Assembly: GCA_903879985.1 (NCBI GenBank)
Contig: CAIRNR010000007.1
Coordinates: forward strand, 151,665-215,664
Source of the DNA: an uncultured candidate division WWE3 bacterium
Lineage (GTDB): Bacteria > Patescibacteriota > WWE3 > UBA101185 > UBA10185
Direction: 5' to 3'
DNA length: 64,000 bases
Below are positions 58,547 through 64,000 of the stretch, piece after piece. A program made the position numbers and the translations under genes. Position 1 is the stretch's first letter. Each line of letters opens with the position of its first letter. Below the pieces are notes generated by a model. That model was given only the letters and a program-made list of their open reading frames with translations, did no database searches and was not told the origin of the DNA.

Positions 58547-60631
58547 TTATCTACTTTTGCCTTTTGCAATTTCGGCGGCAACATTACCTGGAACCTCTTC
58601 ATAATGGCTTGGTTCCATACTAAAAGAGCCTCTACCTTGAGTCATACCTCTAAGTTCAGTTGCATATCCAAACATCTCGGACAAAGGAACTGTGCTTGAT
58701 ATAACTCGGGCATTTCCTCTTTGTTCTGTACCTTCAATCTTACCTCGTTTTGAGGAAATGTTTCCAATTACGTCTCCCATGTAGTCTTCTGGGACTGTAA
58801 CTTCAACCTTCATAATTGGCTCTAATAGGAATGTGTCTGCTTCGCGTTGGGCTGTACGCATAGCTTCAATAGCAGCCATCTTAAAGGACATTTCAGAGGA
58901 GTCGACTTCATGGAAAGATCCGTCGTGTAAAGAGACCTTTAAGTCTACCAATGGGTATCCTGCAATAGTACCGGCTTCAATGGCTTCCTTAACACCTTTT
59001 TCAACTGCTGGAATATATTCTCTTGGAATAGATCCACCAACAACTTTATCAACGAATTCAAAACCTTTTCCTCTTTCTTGAGGTTCGACCTTCATAACAA
59101 CGTGTCCGTATTGTCCACGACCACCAGATTGTCTAATGTACTTACCTTCAACGTCTACTGTTTTTCTAATGGTTTCTCTGTAAGCGACCTGAGGTTTACC
59201 TGTGTTTACTTCGACGTTAAATTCACGTTTCATACGGTCGACAATAATTTCAAGGTGAAGCTCGCCCATTCCGTACAATACAGATTGGCCTGTTTCATCG
59301 TTAGTTTTCATTTTTAATGTTGGGTCTTCTTCTAGGAACTTCTTTAAAGCATCAGACATTTTGTCGCGGTCAGCTTTTGACTTTGGCTCCAAAACTAATC
59401 CGATAACTGGTTCTGCAAAGCTAATTGCTTCCAAAACTACTTCTGTGCCTTCTTGGCAAATTGTGTCTCCAGTTGTCGCTTCTAAACCAACACCTGCTGC
59501 AATTTCTCCGGCTCTAATCTCTTTGATTTCTTCTCTGTGATTAGCGTGCATTAACAAGACACGACCAAGTCTTTCCTTTTTGTCTTTTGTTGTGTTGTAA
59601 AGGTATGAACCTGCTTGTGCTTTTCCTGAGTAAACACGGAAATAGGTCAATCTACCTACGTAAGGATCCGTTTGAACCTTGAATGCTAAAGCAACAAATG
59701 GTCCTTTTTCGTCTGGTGTAAGACTAATCTTTTCACCTGTTTTTAAATCATGACCAAGAATAGCTGGTGTATCTTCTGGAGATGGTAGGTAATCAACGAC
59801 ACCGTCTAAAACTTTTTGAACACCAATGTTAGATAAGGAAGCACCGCAATATACTGGGTAAAGTTTAGCGGCTACTGTTTGTTTTCTGATACCGGCTTTA
59901 ATTTCTTCAACAGATAATTCTTCACCGTTTAGGTATCTTTCAATCATTTTATCGTCGGATTCAGCAACTTTTTCAACAAGTTTAGCGCGGAATTGTTCAA
60001 CTTTTTCTTTCATATCTGCTGGGATGTCTACTTCAATAATGTCGGAACCTAATTGACCTTCAAACTTAAACGCTCTTCTTTCGATTAAATCGATAACTGT
60101 ATTAAAATCGTTTTCGATACCTACTGGAAGCTGTACTGCAACTGCATCGTTTGTTAATTTTTCAGCAATAGAATCAACTGACATGTAAAAATCACCGCCA
60201 AGTTTATCTAGTTTGTTTACGAAAAATAACAAAGGTACATTATATTTTTGAGCTTGTCGGAAAACTGTTTCGGATTGAGGTTCAACGCCTTGTGAACCAT
60301 CAAGGATAATAACACCGCCGTCTAATACGCGAAGTGATCTTTCTACTTCAGCTGTAAAGTCTACGTGACCTGGTGTATCGATAATGTTTATACGGTGATT
60401 ATTCCAAAAACAGGTTGTGGCTGCTGAGGTAATAGTAATACCTCTTTCTCTTTCTTGAGCCATCCAGTCCATTTGGGTTGCACCTTCGTGGACTTCACCT
60501 ATCTTGTGAGATTTTCCGGTATAAAATAGTACGCGCTCTGTTGTGGTAGTTTTACCAGCATCAATATGGGCGATTATGCCTATATTTCTAATTTTATCTA
60601 ACGGATATGTTTTATTTGTATTTTCAGCCAT
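58547..60631 (-). CDS. fusA: Elongation factor G.
   Basis: [13 protein letters not shown]1 motif. 694 aa. Confidence 0.95.
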   Translation of the reverse strand: MAENTNKTYPLDKIRNIGIIAHIDAGKTTTTERVLFYTGKSHKIGEVHEGATQMDWMAQERERGITITSAATTCFWNNHRINIIDTPGHVDFTAEVERSLRVLDGGVIILDGSQGVEPQSETVFRQAQKYNVPLLFFVNKLDKLGGDFYMSVDSIAEKLTNDAVAVQLPVGIENDFNTVIDLIERRAFKFEGQLGSDIIEVDIPADMKEKVEQFRAKLVEKVAESDDKMIERYLNGEELSVEEIKAGIRKQTVAAKLYPVYCGASLSNIGVQKVLDGVVDYLPSPEDTPAILGHDLKTGEKISLTPDEKGPFVALAFKVQTDPYVGRLTYFRVYSGKAQAGSYLYNTTKDKKERLGRVLLMHANHREEIKEIRAGEIAAGVGLEATTGDTICQEGTEVVLEAISFAEPVIGLVLEPKSKADRDKMSDALKKFLEEDPTLKMKTNDETGQSVLYGMGELHLEIIVDRMKREFNVEVNTGKPQVAYRETIRKTVDVEGKYIRQSGGRGQYGHVVMKVEPQERGKGFEFVDKVVGGSIPREYIPAVEKGVKEAIEAGTIAGYPLVDLKVSLHDGSFHEVDSSEMSFKMAAIEAMRTAQREADTFLLEPIMKVEVTVPEDYMGDVIGNISSKRGKIEGTEQRGNARVISSTVPLSEMFGYATELRGMTQGRGSFSMEPSHYEEVPGNVAAEIAKGKSR

Positions 60632-60670
60632 AGTTATCTATTATTCCTTAATTGATCATGAAAAACAATA

Positions 60671-61138
60671 TTAAGAACGCGCGAAATGGGCAAATGCTCT
60701 ATTAGCCTCAGCCATTCTATGAGTATCATCACGTTTCTTAATTGCATCTCCAGTTCCCTGGGCTGCATTAGTCAACTCATCGAAAAGCTTATCTTGCATT
60801 GGACGACCTTTTTTAGATCGTGCTGAATGCACAAGCCATCTAACAGCTAAAGCTTCTGCTCTATCATGTTTAAGAGGCATTGGGACTTGATAAGTAGCAC
60901 CACCGATTCTTTTAGATCGTACTTCTTGCTGTGGCATAATATTCTTAACTGCTTGTTCAAATAAGCGTAAAGCTTCTTTTTTGTCTTCGTTCATACGATA
61001 TATTGCACCGTATACAACTGTTTCAGCAGTGCTTTTTTTACCACTAAGCATTACAGTGTTAATAACGCGAGTTACTACTTTTGATTTCAACACTGAATCT
61101 GGATTAAGTTGTCGTTTCTTTGTTTTTTTACCTCTCAT
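60671..61138 (-). CDS. rpsG: 30S ribosomal protein S7.
   Basis: Sequence and str operon position. Confidence 0.9.
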   Translation of the reverse strand: MRGKKTKKRQLNPDSVLKSKVVTRVINTVMLSGKKSTAETVVYGAIYRMNEDKKEALRLFEQAVKNIMPQQEVRSKRIGGATYQVPMPLKHDRAEALAVRWLVHSARSKKGRPMQDKLFDELTNAAQGTGDAIKKRDDTHRMAEANRAFAHFARS

Positions 61139-61590
61139 TTTTTGCCTCCTTTAGCTTTGGCAGCAGCACCTGCGGCGCCTGCTTTTGGTCTTTTAGTACC
61201 ATAAATTGATCTCGAAGTTTTACGTGCTGAAACACCTGCTAAGTCCAATTCTCCACGTACTATTGTGTATTTTACACCTGGTAAATCTTGGATTTTTCCG
61301 CCTTTTACCAAAACAACTGAGTGTTCTTGTAAGTTGTGACCTTCACCTGGAATGTAAGCAGTGACTTCTCTTTTGTTGGACAAACGAACTCTTGCAGTCT
61401 TTCTCAAGGCTGAGTTTGGTTTCTTTGGTGTTTGTGTACGAACTTGTAACACAACTCCACGTTTGAATGGGCTCGCAAACTTAATAACTTTTTTCTTTTT
61501 TGTGTTAAACGACTCTTTTAAGGCCTTTGTTGCAGTCTTTTTAAGTTTCGTTTTTCTTGTTTTTTTAACTAGTTGGTTTACTGTTGGCAT
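61135..61590 (-). CDS. rpsL: 30S ribosomal protein S12, with an N-terminal Lys-rich insertion and an Ala/Gly/Lys-rich C-terminal tail (151 aa).
   Basis: PTVNQLVKK...[11 protein letters not shown]...[10 protein letters not shown]...LPGVKY core, plus the extra [22 protein letters not shown] and the [14 protein letters not shown] tail. Confidence 0.9.
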   Translation of the reverse strand: MPTVNQLVKKTRKTKLKKTATKALKESFNTKKKKVIKFASPFKRGVVLQVRTQTPKKPNSALRKTARVRLSNKREVTAYIPGEGHNLQEHSVVLVKGGKIQDLPGVKYTIVRGELDLAGVSARKTSRSIYGTKRPKAGAAGAAAKAKGGKK

Positions 61591-61602
61591 AATTTTTTCA
61601 AG

Positions 61603-64000
61603 CTATTCAAGCCTTGCCCTTTCACCTGTTGGAATTAGTCGGCCTATTATAACATTTTCCTTTAGTCCCAATAGATAATCCACCTTACCAGAAGCTGCTG
61701 CGTCGGTCAATACATTACTTGTTTGAATAAACGAAGCTGCTGACAAGAAACTATCCGTATTTAAGGAAGCTCTTGTGATACCAAGCATCGTTAATTTACC
61801 GGTAGCTGGGGTTCCGCCGCCTGCAATTACTTCTTCGTTACCTTCGTCAAAGCGTGCTCTTGTAACCAATTCGCCTTCCATAAACTGCGTATCACCAATG
61901 TCTTCAATTCTAACGTGATGGAACATTTGCTTTACTATAATTTCAATATGTTTGTCGTTTAAAGCAACACCTTGTGAAGCGTAGACTTTTTGAATTTCTT
62001 CAATAATGTACTTTTTAGTTTCATCAACACCGACGGTTCTGAACAAATCACTTAAGTCCAAGTTACCTGAGGTCAGTTTTTGACCTTTTACAACAAGTTC
62101 TCCGTCTTTAACAATTACTTCTTCAACTGGATCAACTAAGTATTCTCCAGCATCCTCAGTCTTGTCTGATGGCAAAATTATAATCTTTCTTTCATCACCG
62201 TTTTTAACGATTTGAGCTGTTCCTGTAACTTCGGCCATAACAGATAATGATTTTGGTGCACGAGCTTCAACCAATTCTTCAACTCTTGGTAAACCTTGAG
62301 TGATATCTTTACCTGCAATACCTCCTGTATGGAATGTTCTCATTGAAAGCTGTGTTCCTGGTTCACCGATTGACTGAGCGGCTGCGACACCAACTGCAGT
62401 TCCGATTCTAACCAAGCGACCTGTCATAAGATCATTACCGTAGCACATAGCGCACAAACCACGTCGTGTATCACAATGCATTGGGGAACGAATAACAATG
62501 TTTTCATAACCTGATTTTTCAATCTTTTCAGCGTCGGATCTTGTGATAAGTGTGTTTCTTGCAACTACGACTTTATTACCAACTTTTACGTCTTCGGCTA
62601 ATAAGCGTCCGGTTACTCTATCTGCAAACGATTGCAATAAAGTTCCTTCTCCAACTTTCATGGTACGACCTTTTTCAGAACCACAATCATCTTCTCTAAC
62701 GATAATATCTTGTGAAACGTCAACTAATCTTCTGGTTAAGTAACCTGCATCTGCAGTCTTTAAACCCTTGTCGACCAAACCTTTTCTTGCACCTTTTGCT
62801 CCGATGAAGTACTCAAGTGCTGAAAGTCCGGATTTGTAGTTACCAAAAATTGGAACTTCTACTGTTTTACCTGTAGTGTCTACGACCAAACCCTTCATAC
62901 CAGCTACTTGTTTAACCTGATCTCGTGAGGCTCTTGTTGAACCTGACTTAACCAATGTTTTAACTGGGTTATCGTTACCAAGGTTTTCCCAAACAGCGTT
63001 ATCCAAATCTGCAATGACTTTGTTCCAAACATCTTCTTTTAATCTGGTTGCTTCACTTCGTGTGATTAAACCTTTTCTGTAGTTACTTTCAACTGCAGCA
63101 GCTAATTGTTTACCATCTTTAAAGATTTGTTCACGAGCTGCAGGAACCTGAATATCAGATAGTGCAACGGATTGACCACTCATAGTACCGTAATCCAAAC
63201 CTAAATCTTTTAAGTCATCGATAAGTTTAACAACAACGGCGTTTGGTTCGGTTTCAAATGCTTTTTGTAGCAAAATATTGATTTGTTTCTTATCCATTGC
63301 AATGTTTACATATCCAAATGAAACTGGAAGTGTTTTGTTAAACATTAAGCGACCATAAGTTGTTTCCATCATTTCACAGTTAACTCTTATCTTAATTCTT
63401 TGTCTTAAGTTAACTGTTTTTGCAACGTCAACCGCATACATAAGTTCTTGCTCATCAGCGAAAGCTTTTTCACAAAGTGGAAGTTTTTCGTTAACTGAGG
63501 TTGCGTAGAAAACACCGAACAACATAATTTTTGTTGGAATAGAAATTGGTGAACCGTTTGATGGATTCAACAAATTCTGTGTTGATAACATAACGTCCCT
63601 TGCTTCTTGTTGAGCTTCTTCGGATAGTGGTACGTGAACAGCCATTTGGTCTCCGTCAAAGTCTGCGTTGAAACCAGCGCATACGCACAAGTGAAGTTTA
63701 ATTGAGTTACCTTCTACCAATTTTGGATAGAATGCCTGTACACCTAATCTCCACAATGTAGGAGCACGGTTTAAGAGTACTGGGTGGTTTTTAACAACTT
63801 CTTCCAAAATATCCCAGACTTCGTTACTTCTACTTTCTAAGTAGAATTTAGCGCTCTTTACGTTAGGAGCGTAACCTCTGCCTAGAATCTCTTTTAAGAC
63901 TAAAGGTTTAAATAGTTCAAGAGCCATTTCTTTTGGCAAACCGCATTCGTCTAATTTCAATTCCGGACCGTTGATAATAACACCACGACCAGAGTAGTCG
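61603..64000 (-). CDS. rpoC: DNA-directed RNA polymerase subunit beta-prime, C-terminal portion. The gene continues beyond the right window edge.
   Basis: NADFDGDQMAVHVPLS catalytic aspartate motif and a long conserved C-terminal region. It lies upstream of rpsL, as in the classical rpoBC-str arrangement. Confidence 0.9.
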   Translation of the reverse strand, partial: DYSGRGVIINGPELKLDECGLPKEMALELFKPLVLKEILGRGYAPNVKSAKFYLESRSNEVWDILEEVVKNHPVLLNRAPTLWRLGVQAFYPKLVEGNSIKLHLCVCAGFNADFDGDQMAVHVPLSEEAQQEARDVMLSTQNLLNPSNGSPISIPTKIMLFGVFYATSVNEKLPLCEKAFADEQELMYAVDVAKTVNLRQRIKIRVNCEMMETTYGRLMFNKTLPVSFGYVNIAMDKKQINILLQKAFETEPNAVVVKLIDDLKDLGLDYGTMSGQSVALSDIQVPAAREQIFKDGKQLAAAVESNYRKGLITRSEATRLKEDVWNKVIADLDNAVWENLGNDNPVKTLVKSGSTRASRDQVKQVAGMKGLVVDTTGKTVEVPIFGNYKSGLSALEYFIGAKGARKGLVDKGLKTADAGYLTRRLVDVSQDIIVREDDCGSEKGRTMKVGEGTLLQSFADRVTGRLLAEDVKVGNKVVVARNTLITRSDAEKIEKSGYENIVIRSPMHCDTRRGLCAMCYGNDLMTGRLVRIGTAVGVAAAQSIGEPGTQLSMRTFHTGGIAGKDITQGLPRVEELVEARAPKSLSVMAEVTGTAQIVKNGDERKIIILPSDKTEDAGEYLVDPVEEVIVKDGELVVKGQKLTSGNLDLSDLFRTVGVDETKKYIIEEIQKVYASQGVALNDKHIEIIVKQMFHHVRIEDIGDTQFMEGELVTRARFDEGNEEVIAGGGTPATGKLTMLGITRASLNTDSFLSAASFIQTSNVLTDAAASGKVDYLLGLKENVIIGRLIPTGERARLE

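Noticed and set aside
1-64000. Search for CRISPR arrays, tRNA or rRNA genes, integrases, transposases and toxin-antitoxin pairs.
   Set aside because: There are no periodic direct repeats and no cloverleaf-capable intergenic segments (the largest spacers are 198, 140 and 132 nt and are accounted for). No recombinase or transposase motifs were seen. The window appears free of mobile elements.
46385-64000. Possible alternative genetic code (UGA as a sense codon), as seen in some low-GC candidate phyla.
   Set aside because: All ribosomal and translation-factor ORFs are full length under the standard code and end in TAA. There is no evidence of in-frame UGA.

Overview
The window is low-GC (about 33-38%) and densely coding. 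Reading right to left on the minus strand, it carries the C-terminal part of rpoC followed by a near-complete str/S10/spc ribosomal supercluster (rpsL-rpsG-fusA-tuf-rpsJ-rplC-rplD-rplW-rplB-rpsS-rplV-rpsC-rplP-rpmC-rpsQ-rplN-rplX-rplE-rpsN-rpsH-rplF-rplR-rpsE-rplO-secY-[ybaB-like]-adk). Several lineage signatures point to a Candidate Phyla Radiation (Patescibacteria) type genome, but this is an inference: no rpmD (L30) between rpsE and rplO, a zinc-type S14, an internally shortened L3 and an extended S12. Directly after adk the array runs into a CAP-domain membrane protein and then a glycan-assembly supercluster of about 42 kb (3.2-45.1 kb). That cluster holds about 12 GT4 and 6 GT2 glycosyltransferases, about 7 polytopic GT-C-like membrane proteins (PMT_2/ArnT-like, one fused to a Wzy_C-like domain), two Wzx-like flippases, a polyprenyl-phosphate sugar phosphotransferase, UDP-glucose 6-dehydrogenase, two SAM methyltransferases and a B12-binding radical SAM enzyme. 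The left end has recO and the 5' part of glyQS. I found no rRNA, tRNA, CRISPR array or obvious mobile element. Functional calls rest on recognisable sequence motifs in the translated ORFs; no database search was possible.
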